DNA of 63,061 nucleotides, filler included, from Welwitschia mirabilis (GCA_051453625.1; 3 parts of one record of this genome joined end to end with filler, not necessarily neighbours in it), one strand, 5' to 3'. Positions 1 through 13,600 are shown, counted from the whole stretch's first letter. The notes: generated from the sequence alone by a model not told the origin. Numbers and translations: made by a program.

Positions 1-1787
1 TTCCTTGATTCTTTTAAACTAGTGGTATAAGTACTCCTCCATAATCATAGTTTTTCATTCCTTTCTTATTGTTAGCTATTTTTTATTCTTATTTATTACC
101 TATACAATATTCTTAAATAATAAATATCTATGGCCTATTCCGATTATGTATATCTAACAATAGCTATGATTAGCTTTGTAGAGTACTATTTACTATGTTT
201 TTTATTTTCTTCTTCATGTTTAATGCCTTCCTTATCATTAATGAGAAATGGAGATAGATATGTACTATAGAGAACTATGTTTTGTGCCTTATTATGATCT
301 ACTCTTTTATTATGGTTGCATTCATAGGTTAGCTAGATTTCTATTACTTACTTAAAAATTGAAAATACAACTTTTTCTTTCTGATCATAATATCCACATC
401 TTTAATATTCACACTATGTTATCTTATGTTTATTATAACCTTGAAAAATGCTATCTATTATGGCATTTCATTATATAAATAGCATGTAATTAAGGTAGTT
501 ATCCTATTCCCTATTATACAACATTGTCTTTATTATGCCTTGTTTAATTTGATCTTTTAGAAGTTATTTCACAATGTGTTAAGCCTGTATTTAGGGGAAG
601 TACTAACTTATGGAGAGCTACCATTTTGATTTAATTATTATCATTGACAAAACAAAAGATTTTTTCATCTCATAAGTTACTAATTAATGATAATCCAAAT
701 CTTATCTTATTTTACTAATGTAATATTACTTATTACAAGATAAAAATGAAGGCCTTGAAGCTAAAACTAAAAGACACTAGAAAAGACAAGTAAGGCATGT
801 AGTGTCCAAGTAAAAGGATGATAGAACCTTGGAATTAAAGCATTTGTAGAATGAAATTAAGAGGCTAATAAAGGTTTAGTAGTTAACTATCATTCTCCAG
901 TGGATCAAAGACATATTATAAGGAATTAAGATAAAATTGGTTGACTGGATTCAATCTTGAATCAACTACATAGAAGTTAAGAAGATCATTGCATGGGTCA
1001 ATTTCCTAAAATTAAATCTCAAATGTTTCATAAGCATTTGACTAATATTTTTAGTGGGTTAACCTACTATTATAGAATATAAGTTTTCAAAGATCAACTA
1101 ACACTTTGAAAGGGTTAACTATCTGGCTAATGACAAACAAAAACATAACCATTGGAGATCATTGATATCCATTAGAAACTCTCATGGGATTACTACATAG
1201 CTATTTAAAAGATCCTAATAGTTGAAGTGGATCCATTATGATTAACATGACATATATTTTCTAGGGTATAAATGGATTAAGTGATTCTTGATGAAGGTCT
1301 TTTCCCCCTCTTTTAAATAATGATTAAAATTTATTATGCTAAAATATATTATTTTCTATAGCTTTCATTTCACTCTCAATTGTACTTTCTTTTTACTACC
1401 AATTGTTTTGCTCATTATTGTTATTGTAAGCAAGATTATTAATCTTGTATCTTTAGCTAAAAATAGCTAGAAAGTCCCATTTATATTGGTGAAGGACTAC
1501 TATAAAGTCATAAAGGATTGTGATTAGAGTCTATAATTGTAATAAAGAAAAACAAGCTTATTTTCGTAACTCATGCATTTTGTGCTTTAGTTACATGGTT
1601 TAATTACTATGTCAAAGTGTTCATGTGTGTTGTGAAATGAATGAATTCTTATCTAGACTAGATTAACACTAGAAATTTGTTAACATGATTTATAGTTTTT
1701 GTTGTACCTTTTATTAACCTTTTAAATTGTGAAAACTACCTTAGTTATTCTATTCACTCTTCCTCTCTAGGATAGTTGGTACTAACA
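1..1787 (+). mobile_element. 3' end of a degenerate SIRE-like Ty1/copia LTR retrotransposon (pre-LTR linker plus 3' LTR), inserted in the LINE
   Basis: Several decayed AGGGGGAG-like purine tracts (about 243-255, 591-600, 610-617, 645-660) precede an LTR-like segment. The segment ends in CTATTCACTCTTCCTCTCTAG...ACTAACA (1750-1787), a decayed form of the copia/SIRE LTR end CTATTCACCCCCCCTCTAG...CA. No PBS follows. Confidence 0.6.
661..1787 (+). repeat. 3' LTR of the first copia element
   Basis: Starts after the decayed PPT (ATCATTGACAAAACAAAAGAT). Contains repeated GTTAAC/GTTGAC/TCAAC motifs (880-1120) and a TATAAAT box near 1267, and ends in CA at 1787. The left boundary is approximate. Confidence 0.55.
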
Positions 1788-2058
1788 CTATTTTTCTAAG
1801 ATCTACATGCTTTAGAAAACATGCATTTTAGAAATTTTAACAAATTTTGAAGATAAAATATAATTAATAAAGAGAAATAATTTGCTAATAATACTAATGT
1901 TTAGGAGAACAAATCCTAAAACATTAAAGTAATATATGAAACATAAGATTAGTACTATTTAAGATGTTGGTAATACATTTTTTACAAATAGACTAAGCCT
2001 ACTTATAGGTGATAATTAGTTATAAACTACTAACTTATTTAGGAAAATAATGATATTA
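1788..2058 (-). pseudogene. L1-type LINE ORF2 remnant (post-RT region), continuing the 19750-22210 fragment
   Basis: The minus strand from 2058 reads *YHYFPK*VSSL*LIITYK*A*SICKKCITNIL, a decayed form of the L1 motif W..C.PK..GGLG.......A...KW. It is in frame with MWSFNSDDIGFSKVY* ending at 19745. Confidence 0.7.
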
Positions 2059-2063
2059 CTAAT

Positions 2064-3471
2064 TGTTGAAAATTTTAGTTTGATGATTTCACTTGTCAAA
2101 TATTTTATGTCTTTGTATAGATAGGTCATTATAGGTAAATTAGACCTTAAAAGACATTATATCATAATGGATCTTCAAAGGAAACATTTCATAAAAAGAA
2201 GATGTTAAACTATCAAATAAATAGTTTAACAATGTATGGAAAATTGAAGACATCTTAAGTGAAAATGTCTGAAAATCTGAAGATGTTTTGAATGTACTAA
2301 AATTTAGTGATAAGCTAAAAGATATCTCCAATATTCAAGATGACTGAAAAAAAAGTTAAACCTGAAATAGATGAAGATGTCTACAAAGTTAATGATGTCT
2401 ATACTAAGCCAAAATAGTTAATAGAGTCAATTTCTTTTTTGACTAATTTCTTGAGTTTGAAATGAGTTATTAAGTTATACACAATGAATTCATGATCACA
2501 GATGCCCAAGGATACTACAGTGCAAATTTCATCAAAATCTGGGTAAGTTGACTTAAGAGATCTATAAAAGTAAAGATGTCAAAAAAGTAGACATCTATAA
2601 AAATGAAGACATCTGGAGTAAAGAAATCTATAAAATTCAAGACATCTTCAATTGAAGTTCATGTCAATTAAAATCAAAGTTACATACCTAAAGCATAGAC
2701 ATTAGCTATCTATTGTATGATAATTATAAATTCAAATTACTATCTTCTAAGCTTAAATAAATAGATCTTCTTTAACATGATAAAGCCTCAATGTCATGAA
2801 TTCAAAAAGAACATTTTTTTGGCACTTTATTTAATTAGGGATTTACATATATTCATAAAAATAAGTAAAGAAAACCTATCACAAAGAAATCAAAGGATTC
2901 ATTGATAAGGATCTAACTTTGTTTTATCTCTTAGACTTGGATCTTTATTGCTATCATTTTCTTCATTCATACTCATGACTGTAATAATAACTTCAAGGAT
3001 CTTAAAATCTTCATCAATCAGACTCAGGTTTATTATTGTATTGCATTTTAATTTACATTATGAACTATCTCATTATTAAATGTTATTCTAAAGGCCATTC
3101 TTGAAAACTAAACACTAAGACAACCTTTGTATGAATGTGAATTTTTAGTTATAATTATGAGTACTTATTTGTTGTTAAGATTATTAGTGAGCCAGAAAAC
3201 CATTTTTTCCTTGAAGGGAAGAGAGTTTTATCTTGTGAGAAGACTCTCATTTATTATAAGATTAGTGGTGCACCAAAAAACCACTATTTTGTTTAGGTTA
3301 AAAATATTTCGAGATGTGAGTAAAAGTACCTTATGTATGTGAACATACGCAAGTTGGGCAACCACATTATTTTATAAGGTTTTTCATTGTGTATTTTATT
3401 TTGTTATTTGATTATAATTTTTATTTGATAAAAGTCATTCACTCTTCATTATGAATTCACATTGATCCTCA
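2064..3471 (+). repeat. 5' LTR of the copia element
   Basis: Begins TGTTGAAAATTTTAGTTTGATGA and ends ...ATTGATCCTCA, directly followed by AG and the PBS. Positions 2490-3471 align by eye with 18283-19744. Confidence 0.85.
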
Positions 3472-3473
3472 AG

Positions 3474-3485
3474 TGTTATAAGAGT
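3474..3485 (+). other. Primer-binding site, tRNA-iMet type (decayed)
   Basis: TGTTATAAGAGT versus canonical TGGTATCAGAGC, 2 nt after the LTR CA. Confidence 0.7.
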
Positions 3486-3523
3486 GGGTATTCAAAAAAA
3501 AGAGTAACTCCCTTGAGTGAACA

Positions 3524-6500
3524 ATGAAAGGAGTGTTATCTATTAGACCTCTACTCTTAAAATGGACAAACTATGCCTATTCGAAGATGAGGATACAAAT
3601 GTTCTTATAATATTATGAGTTTCAAGATTGGAGAAATCAAGAAAAAAGATCAACCAAATCTATGAGAAAGAAAAATATATCTAAAGAAGAAACTTATCTT
3701 GATCCCATGGCCATTACACATTCTCCAGAAAAAAATGAAGACAGAGAAGAAGAAGACAAAGCAAATAGCAAAGACAACTTAGGTTTGAATCTTTAAGAAA
3801 GGTATGATTTATTTTCTAAAGAATGCATTAAACTAGATGTTACGTAATTATTGTGAAGAAGCTTATAAATAGGAGAAGAATATTAGCAATAAATTATCTC
3901 AAAAAACTCATCTCTTAAAGTTAAGGTTAGTAGACTAACATGCTAATTAAAGTGTGTAAAATAGGAACTATCTAATTCAAAGAATATTAATAAGAAACTC
4001 ACTTAAGAAAAGGAAACCTTGAATGTTATGCTTCGACAATGTAGATGATCAAATGAGAACAGTGGGTTGTAACATAATGAAGCTACAACAAGTACTTAAA
4101 TCTTTTCACTTAACCAATGGAACTACAAGCCAAGGTATTAACACTGTATGTATACAAATAATATTTTTTGTTACTATTATTACAATAAAGGCCATTATCA
4201 GTATAAATCTCTAATGAAATTCAAAAGCAAGTATTTTACTAACAATACCCAAAGGTAAAGTAGAATGGTATAATGTTTTATGTATGACAAACCAAGAAAA
4301 ATATGGATGCCTAAATTGAAGATAGCACTTCTAACTCACATAACACTCAGAGTAGTAAAGAAACATGCATGGTATGTTGATAGCAATTGCTTAAGCCACA
4401 TGAATAGAGATAAATCTAGCTTTGCCACCTTGGTGGAATAAGATAAGAAAGTTGTAACCTTGTAGACAATGTAGAAGCATCAATCAAAGGTATTAGCACC
4501 ATTAAAGGAGGTAATTTACCTGAGGTAAAAGATGTGTTTTTTGTAGGAGGTTTACAACATAATATTTTAAGTGTAAATCAACTCTATGATGTAAATTTTT
4601 CTATTACTTTTATAAAGAATGATTATGTTATAAGAGAATAAGATAGTACCAAAGTCTTATTTTCTAAAGTAAGGAAATCAAATGTTTGCATTACCACCTT
4701 GTAAGATATATCTAACAGTGGAATCAAGTGTTTTCTTAGTAAAACAAATGAAGCAGAGCTATGGCATAAGAAGGTTAATCACATGAACAATGATAGTCTT
4801 AAAACCTTGTTCACAAAAGAATTGGTAAGAAGACTTCCAAAGTTTAAAATCATTGATGATCGAATTTCTAAAACTTATTAGAAAGGGAAACTAACAAAGG
4901 TAGAATTTGATAAGAAAAATGTTATCTCTAATTAATGTTCATTAGATATTTTGCATTTAGATGTTATTGGTCCCTCATCTATAGAAAGCTTAGGTAAGAA
5001 AAATTATTACTAATAATTGTAGATGATTTTTCACAATTTTCATGGGTAGCCTTCCTTGCACATAAAGATGAGGTTTTTAATCTATTTTCTAAGTTATGAA
5101 TTAGCTTGCAAAATCAATAAGGATATAGAATTAAAATAATAAGGAGTGATAATCACACTAAGTTCAAAAATTTAAAGTTTAAAGAATTCTATGAATAGTT
5201 TGGTATTCTACATTAATTTTTAACTCCAAGGATACTGCAACAAAATGCAGTAGCTAAAAGAAATAATAGGGTTTTGAATGACATGACAAGGATAATAATT
5301 CATGAAAAAAAGGTATCATATCATTTTTGGATAGAAGTAATCAATATAGCATGTTATGTTTCCAACAGAGTTCTAGTAAGAAGATTCATTTCTAAAACTT
5401 CATATAAGTTATGGTCAGGAAAAAAACCTTCTATTAAGTACTTTTATATTTTTGGTTTAAAATGCTTTACTCTAAATGAAAGAAACAATTTTAAAAAATT
5501 TCATTTAAAAGTTGATAAAGGAATTTTTCTAGAATACTCTATGGTTGATAAAGCTTACAGAGTATACAACAACAGAATTCATGTAGTGGAGAAAACTATA
5601 AATGTCAAAATAANNNNNNNNNNNNNNNNNNNNNNNNNNNNNNNNNNNNNNNNNNNNNNNNNNNNNNNNNNNNNNNNNNNNNNNNNNNNNNNNNNNNNNN
5701 NNNNNNNNNNNNNNNNNNNNNNNNNNNNNNNNNNNNNNNNNNNNNNNNNNNNNNNNNNNNNNNNNNNNNNNNNNNNNNNNNNNNNNNNNNNNNNNNNNNN
5801 NNNNNNNNNNNNNNNNNNNNNNNNNNNNNNNNNNNNNNNNNNNNNNNNNNNNNNNNNNNNNNNNNNNNNNNNNNNNNNNNNNNNNNNNNNNNNNNNNNNN
5901 NNNNNNNNCTCTAAATAAAAGGAACAATTTTAGAAATTTTCATTTAAAAGTTGATAAAGGAATTTTTATAGGATACTCTATGGTTGATAAAGCTTACAGA
6001 GTATACAACAAAAGAATTCATGTAGTGGAGAAAACTATAAATGTCAAAATAAATGATATTGAGTCAACACCTATAAATGTGGAATAGGATTAGATTCCTA
6101 TGCAAGTTGTTCAATACTCTAGATAATCTTAAGTTTAATCTAATAATCAAGGAGAAAAAGAATAAGAACCAAATAAGTAAAATTCACTAATCATGATAAG
6201 GCTAAAGAAGAATTACTCCATAAGCAATACTATAGGAAGTCCATATGGAGGTATTCAAAATAGAAGTCATATTAGAGAATTTGGTGGTTATGCTACTTAT
6301 ATCTCTTAAGTTGAACCTAAAACTTCCAAAGAAGTAGAAAATGATGAACATGGAATCGTTATTATGCAAGAAAATCTTAATCAATTTAAAATATGCAATG
6401 TTTAAAAACTTATTCTAAGATATTCTAACAAACTAGTTATTAGTAACAAGTGGTTTTTTAAAAACATAATAGATGAGCATGAAAATGTTACTAAAAATAA

Positions 6501-8373
6501 AACAGAACTCATGGTAAAATTTTACAATCAATAAGGAGTAATTGACTTTGAAGAAACCTTTTCTCATATGGCTCATATGAAATCAGTAAGAATTCTTCTA
6601 GCTTTTTTCTTATATGAATGATTTTAAATTTTATCAAATGGATGTCAAAAGTGCTTTTCTTAATGAAAATGTTCAAGAAGAAGTATATGTTAAACAACTA
6701 GAGGGTTTCATTAAATCACAAAAATTTGATCATGTATACAAACTAAGAAAGAATCTCTATGGCCTTAAATAAGCTCCAATAGGTTGGTGTGTAAAACTCT
6801 TAGGTCATTTGGTTGAAAGTGGCTTCAAAAGAGGTACATCTGATGTGACATTCTTTATTAAAAAATATGGTAAAGATTTTATTATTATTTAAATTTATGT
6901 TCATGATATTATTTTTAGTGCTACTAATAATTCATGTGTAATAAATTTGCTAGGATTATGTAGGATGAAATGAGTCTTATGGAAGAAATAAGTAACTTTT
7001 TGGGACTTCAAGTTTTGCAATATAAGAAAGGTATATTTATTTCATAAGCTAAANNNNNNNNNNNNNNNNNNNNNNNNNNNNNNNNNNNNNNNNNNNNNNN
7101 NNNNNNNNNNNNNNNNNNNNNNNNNNNNNNNNNNNNNNNNNNNNNNNNNNNNNGCTTTTGCTTATATGAATGATTTTAAATTTTATCAAATGAATGTCAA
7201 AAGTGCTTTTCTTAATGGAAATGTTCAAGAAGAAGTATATGTTAAACAACTAGAGGGGTTCATTAAATCACAAAAAGTTGATCATGCATACAAACTCAGA
7301 AAGACTCTCTATGGCCTTAAATAAGCTCCAAGAGGTTGGTGTGTAAAACTCTTAGGTCATTTGGTTGAAAACAGCTTCAAAAGAGGTACATTTTATGTGA
7401 CATTATTTATTAAAAAATATGGTAAAGATTTTATTATTATTTAAATTTATGTTCGTGATATTATTTTTAGTGCTACTAATAATTCATGTGTAATAAATTT
7501 GCTAGGATTATGTAGGATGAATTTGAAATGAGTCTTATGGAAGAAATAAGTAACTTTTTGGGACTTCAAGTTATGCAATATAAGAAAGGTATATTTATTT
7601 CATAAGCTAAATATATTAAAAATTTGCTAGTAAAATATGGTTTGTAGGATTGTAAAGTAAAAGATACTCTCATGATTAAAAACACCAAATTGAACAAAGC
7701 TGGAAATGGTAATAAAGTGGATCAAAAGCTATACAAATGTATGATTAACAGTTTGTTATGTACTATAGCTAATCAACCTAATATTATGTTAAGTGTAAGA
7801 ATTTGTGCATGTTATCAAAGTAATACTAAAAGATCACATCTTGTGGCTATTAAAATAATTTTTCATTACTTAAAATATACCCCTAATTAGGCCCTTTGGT
7901 ACATAAAGGAATCCTCACTTGATCTTGTAGGGTATTGTTATATAGATTGGGTAAGTTAAAAAGATGATAGAAGAAGCACAAGTGGAACATGTTTTTTCTT
8001 GAACAATTCCTAATACCTTAGAGTAATAAGAGACAAAACTTAACTACCTTATCTATAGTCTAAGCTGAGTATATTACTTGAGGAAGAAGTTGTGCACAAC
8101 TTCTATGGATGAAGCAAACTTTAAAAGATTTTTGTCTCTTCATGAATAGTATTCTAATTTATTATGATAATAAAAGTATCATTACTATCTCAAAGAATTC
8201 AATACAACATTCAAAGACTAAGCAATTAAGATTTGGCATCACTTTATTAGAAAACATGTTCAGAATAGAGCTATCACAATGCAATACATCATTACTAATG
8301 ATCAACTTGTAGATGTGTTTGCAAAACCTCCAAGTACTAAAAGATATGTAAAGTTGCATAGGAACTTGGGGAT
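3524..8373 (+). pseudogene. Copia gag-pol remnant (gag N-terminus, zinc knuckle, protease, integrase, RT, RNase H) with many stops and frameshifts
   Basis: gag MKGVLSIRPLLLKWTNYAYSKMRIQMFL at 3524. Protease WYVDSNCLSHM at about 4370. Integrase LWHKKVNHMN, LDILHLDVIGP, IIVDDFSQFSWV, IRSDN and QQNAVAKRNNRVL. RT YQMDVKSAFLN and IYVHDIIF. RNase H DDRRSTSG and DQLVDVFAKP. Confidence 0.93.
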
Positions 8374-8866
8374 TGGGCCTTACCTAATCATGTAAGTAAT
8401 GAGGTAATATCTTTTAAATTTTCAACTCCACATTGTCTTTATCCTATGAGCTGAAATTAAAATTAGAAGAAGTAGGTTTAGTTAAAGTTAAATTATGCGT
8501 GTGATATGTTACTTTTTCAAGTGTAATTATTATGATTTCATTAGTTACAAATATTTTTAAAAATTCTAAAATTATTATTTTATTCATCATTTAGTAAGAC
8601 ATCTTGAGAATTATAGACATCTTTTAATGTAATATTAGCAAAATAGTTTTAACAGAATATTAATTAGTATTAGACTTCTATGAAGGCACATGTGTAGGGG
8701 GATAAATAGGCTACAGGACCTATATTTATTTTCTCTACTATTTAAAAATGGAAAGACATAGTAATAAATAATTGATAAATTAGTAGTGGTGATAGTGGAA
8801 TTCAGTTAAAGTTTTGGCAAATAGTTGAAATATTTTGAACTATGCAATATTTTGATTATGATAATT

Positions 8867-9911
8867 TGTTTATGCTTCCAAATTACACATATTTGATAAG
8901 ATATTTTAAGTGGTTTTGTAGGTTAATAGATATGCTTGATTCTGTGATAGTGGAGAGATGAGATGAAAAAGATGAAAACACGCAATCTCTATGATAATTT
9001 ATAGCATTCTAAACAAATCTAAATACTTTACATTTTTGAAGACAACTTGCTTTAATACATTATGTATGATGTAATGATTAAAGAATTATCAAAGTCCATC
9101 ATGCATCTAATCATCCAAATAACTATACAGACAACTGTGTCAAATGGATGCTAATTATAGTCTATCTGGTAGCTAATGTGGATTGATTATAAGGTGTCAT
9201 CATCTATTTTATCATGTGGATGATCATCTAGATGACACTATTATAATGATTGTATGAAACATTCATCTAGCTTCTGCCACATGTATTTTTCATTTCTCCT
9301 TGCATGACCATCATGGTTTATCCATGCCTTTCTATCTTTGTTGTTGTGTATTTGAGCCAATAAATAGAGATATCACATTTAACTCTTGTTTATCTTTGTT
9401 TGCACTTGAAATTCTTATGATAGAAGATCAAAGGGCTGGAGATCCATCATTATAGTTACAGAGAGACATTTTTCATTTTCTCTATTAAGGTGTGGCTACA
9501 ATTAATATAAAACATTTTCTTTTATGCTTTCAATATGTGATTGTTTCTCATCCTAATAGCTTAAGTTACTTCTAATTTAGTGATAGTTTCTCTAGTGATA
9601 TATGTTTTGAGGGCAACCTTTGTTAAGGTTGTGGTTGATTAGATTAGGTTAGATGCATTGTTGTTTCCTTTTCCTAGATTAGCTTTACATGAGTGTGGTA
9701 TATTTTAATTTAATACCCTGTAAGTTATTTCTATAGATTAATGTGCAAGTATTTCTTTATGGAAAGAAACTCTCTTACTTCTACTTTGGCCTTTGATGAA
9801 TTATGACATTTGAGTTACTCTTGTCTATATTACTGTGTCATGTTTGTGCATTATATTTGTAATTAATAGGATTCTACTCAAGATGTAAATGTTGCATAAA
9901 TATGCACCATA
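8867..9911 (+). repeat. 5' LTR of gypsy copy A
   Basis: The start TGTTTATGCTTCCAAATTACACATATTTG and the end ...GCATAAATATGCACCATA match the ends of the LTRs at 25243-26321 and 41239-42491 (reverse complement). Confidence 0.8.
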
Positions 9912-9917
9912 AAATCT

Positions 9918-9935
9918 TGGTGCTGTTACCAATGA
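9918..9935 (+). other. Primer-binding site, tRNA-Asp type (Athila), decayed
   Basis: TGGTGCTGTTACCAATGA versus canonical TGGCGCCGTTGCCGGGGA. Confidence 0.8.
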
Positions 9936-10612
9936 AGATTGCTTAGAGTTTGATAGTTATCATTACTCTGGTGAGTATTTCTATTTTGGTGCTTACCTGT
10001 AGCAGTGTTTTACTAGTATCTATAGTAGTATAGTTTTTTCTTTTCACTATGTTAATTTTTCTATTTTCAAATTAAAGTCTATTTTTTGTTTTGTAATAAA
10101 AAATCAATCATCTGCTTCATCATCCAGATGACATGTGACAACAATGGCCTCTATGCCATGAGTTTTTTAATCTTAGTTTTCTGTTAAAAATTTATAGGAT
10201 TTTTCTCATCATCCCCTCTGTCATCTAGATGGCTCAAGTAAATGATAGTCTACTTCCAGATTTTCTTTTTTTGTTTGTGTCAGTCTTTTATTTTTATTTT
10301 CTACTTTTTCTTTTTTTGTGGTTTCTGTGTTTCTTCCATCTAGCATATCATTCAAACAACTGCAGGAATAACACTCTGTGCATCCAAAACTGAGCTTGTA
10401 TGGTAAAATCTAGTAAGAAATAAAAATACTAAAGAGAGCAGCTATTTATTGCTAAAAATATTTAAAAAGGTTTAATAAACCTAGAAAATGAATCAGGTAA
10501 AAATATCAAAGGTACACAAGATTTAGAATTTCCTATAATTTCTACTTTTATTTCTACAGAATTTGATTTTACCATAGAAAATTGTTTAAATGATAGCTTT
10601 TTATTTCCAACC

Positions 10613-13600
10613 ATGTCTACCTCATCCCAAAAGCAAAATCAACCTATCTTACCAAATCCACCCCTTATCATTGAAACCCCTACAACCACTTTTGCTTGGA
10701 CCAATGCCCATGTGATCCTTAGAGATCTGATAGTAAATAAGAAATGTGAAATCTTAACTCTTTTTAACTTACCTCCTAATGATGATGTTGAACTACGTAA
10801 CCTAAATGCATATCCTACCTTTAGTACTGAAATTGATAAAGATCTCTTGCAATACATCATTGTTATAAAACAACTAGTCCTCACTTCTGAAAATGGTAAA
10901 AAAACACATAAGTGATAGAACCTACATGGTTATCTTCCCCATCACTTTAAAAGATAAAACAAAACTATGGCTTAGAATGATTTTCTACAAAAGTTTAAAA
11001 TCTTGGAATCAAGTTCAGGAAGCCTTCATTAAGAGATGCATGAGTGAAACTATTATCTGGAAGCATAAGAAAGAAATTACCAACTTCTAACAAATGCTTA
11101 ATGAAGATTATAACTCTACCTATAAGATATTCTTTGTTGCTTTACATTCGAAACCTATAGATGCCTTTTCAAAGGTAGAACTAGTTAACTATTTTTATGG
11201 TGGATTAAATAGTCATATAAAGAAACTTATAGATTTATCTTGTGAGGCAACTTATTGATCCAAACCCTAGATGATGCTTGAAAAGTATTTGAAGGTTTGG
11301 TAGAAGTGAGTCAAATATGGCCTAAATCCTCAACTAAAAAAAAGTAAACTATAGACCAAATCATCAAAGATCTAAAAGAGGTAAAAAATGAGAAAAATGA
11401 AACAAGAACTAAAAATAAAATAACTAATATCATTAAGGATTTCATCTCTACCTTAGAGAAATACACCCAAATGATCCTTAATGCTAAGGTAGCAACCAAG
11501 AAGAGTGAAGTTGTAGTTTTGACCTATGATTTGTGTAAAGATAGCTACAATGTTACAAAAGATTGTTCCTCACTTCCCACTTACAAATAGAAAATCTATA
11601 AGGAAGTTTATGATTTTAATCAAAGACCTTAGAACTATAACCAAAATCACAATCAAAGATAAGTCCAAAATCATAACAACTTTCAACATAGGATGAGTGA
11701 ACAACCAATCTCTAGAAATTTTCAAACACATCATCTTAACTTCAAACCTTTTAAAAATAGATTTGAAAACTCAAAATTTTAATCCAATAACTCAAATGAC
11801 TTGGCAAGCCCATCCAACTCCTAAAACTATAGTGATCCTCTTAGGAATTCCATTGAGGAGTTGAAAAAAAACACAAGAAAAGACAAACATCAACATAGAA
11901 AACCTTATGAGCATTTTACAATAAACTATGCTTACCAACCAAATACCATAAGGGTTTCTTATCATTCAACCTTTATTGAAATTTAACATAGTAAGAAAAG
12001 ATTGTAAGGTGATGATAAGAAGTGGAAATGATACAACTCCTTCTACCTATAAGGCTTTAACATTATAAAGTGGTAAGAATGATAAGCAAGAGGACATAGA
12101 AATTTTAAAAAACTATTCTTTCCCTTCTTCATTAAGCAACAAAAAGAAATATCCTTTACAAAAGAAACCTACTACCCCATGGCTTGATAGGCATAACACA
12201 AACTCCATTTTTAATGATTATCTTAAAGCCTTAATGCAAAATGTGAGTATTAACTTGCCATTTTAAAAACTTTTACAAGAACACCCAAGGTATTCTCAGC
12301 TATGAAAAGAATTAATAATAAGAAAATAAAACAAACCATCCCTAGTAAAGTCTTCCTAGCTTAATTCATTAGCAATTTGGTGCGCCAAAAATGTTTAAAG
12401 ATCTAGGGGCAGCAACCATAAGTGTTACTTTAGAGGGAAACCATAGAATAAAGAAAGCCTTAATATATATTAAAGCTAATGTTAATATTATACCCTTGCA
12501 TATTTGTTAATGTTTTGGTTTGAAAGAAAGAATAGAACCTACACAGATTATCTTAGAGTTGGTCAATAGTTCTATGAAGAAATCATTAGGTATGATCAAG
12601 GACATAGTCATTCAGATAGAATAAGCTTTGTTGAGTACCATAGTGGATATATTTTACTTCTAGGTAAAGATTTCTATGTAATAGTCCATTGTATCATAGA
12701 TATAAGAATCATATTGATGAAGTGCCATTTTGGGAATAAACAATTTTTAATAAGAGTTTTTGATGCAGGTTAAAATGATTTAGGCAATGATTTAAGTTTA
12801 GAGGAAGAAATTAGACCAACTCTATTTTTACAGCACTATTCACTTAAGGAAATATGATCTATGCTTCATGAACTAATCCTATTTGATGATAAATCAGAAG
12901 TAGAATACATGTATGTTTTTATAAGTTTGACCATTTCATAACTAAGTTTTTTAATCAGGAGAGTAGTGAGTCTAAGTCTATCAACTATGTAAAAGTCTAA
13001 GATTTTATTAGATGTAAGATTTCTTGTTTTAGGGGTAGTCGTTCACTACTAATATCTAGATGATAGTCTAAGATGATAGTCTATTCTTATAAGAATTTTC
13101 CAAAACCCAAAAATATGAGTTTAAACTTGAACATGAAACCTTTAGATAGTGGACTGAAATACATTTTTTTGAATAGTAACCTAAACAAACCATTTATCCT
13201 CAACAAAAACCTTACCTCTTAACAAGAATTGTGTCTCATCTTTCTTCTGTAATCTAAGGTAAATGTTTTTTTCTTGATCTCATAACGATTTGATAGCTAT
13301 ATCCATTTTCTTTATGCAACATAAAATCTACCTCAAAGAAAATGCTAAACCTATGAAGCGACCCTAATGTAGACTTAATCTAGGCCTTAAACAAATTGTT
13401 AAAAATGAAATCATAAAACTTATGAATAGTGGAATTATTTACACCATTGCTAATAGTGAGTGGGTTATCTCCTTAATGGTAGTTCCTAAAAAGAGTGGGA
13501 AATGATGTATGTGTATAGACTTTTGAAAACTAAATAAGGGAACTAAAAAATACCACTATCCCTTACCTTTTCTTGATTAGATTCTTAATAGGATTTAGGG

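Noticed and set aside
5470..7612. Apparent tandem duplications of integrase and RT segments (about 5470-5613 vs 5910-6052, and 6601-7053 vs 7154-7612)
   Set aside because: Near-identical copies sit on either side of N gaps, as expected for unmerged contig ends or alternative haplotypes. The same pattern occurs at the gaps near 15800, 31460, 34420, 35725, 37800, 44600, 47210, 48070, 50630, 51410 and 51840.
8374..8866. env-like ORF expected after pol in a SIRE element
   Set aside because: No ORF or transmembrane-like remnant was recognisable. The region is cut by the gypsy insertion and later deletion.
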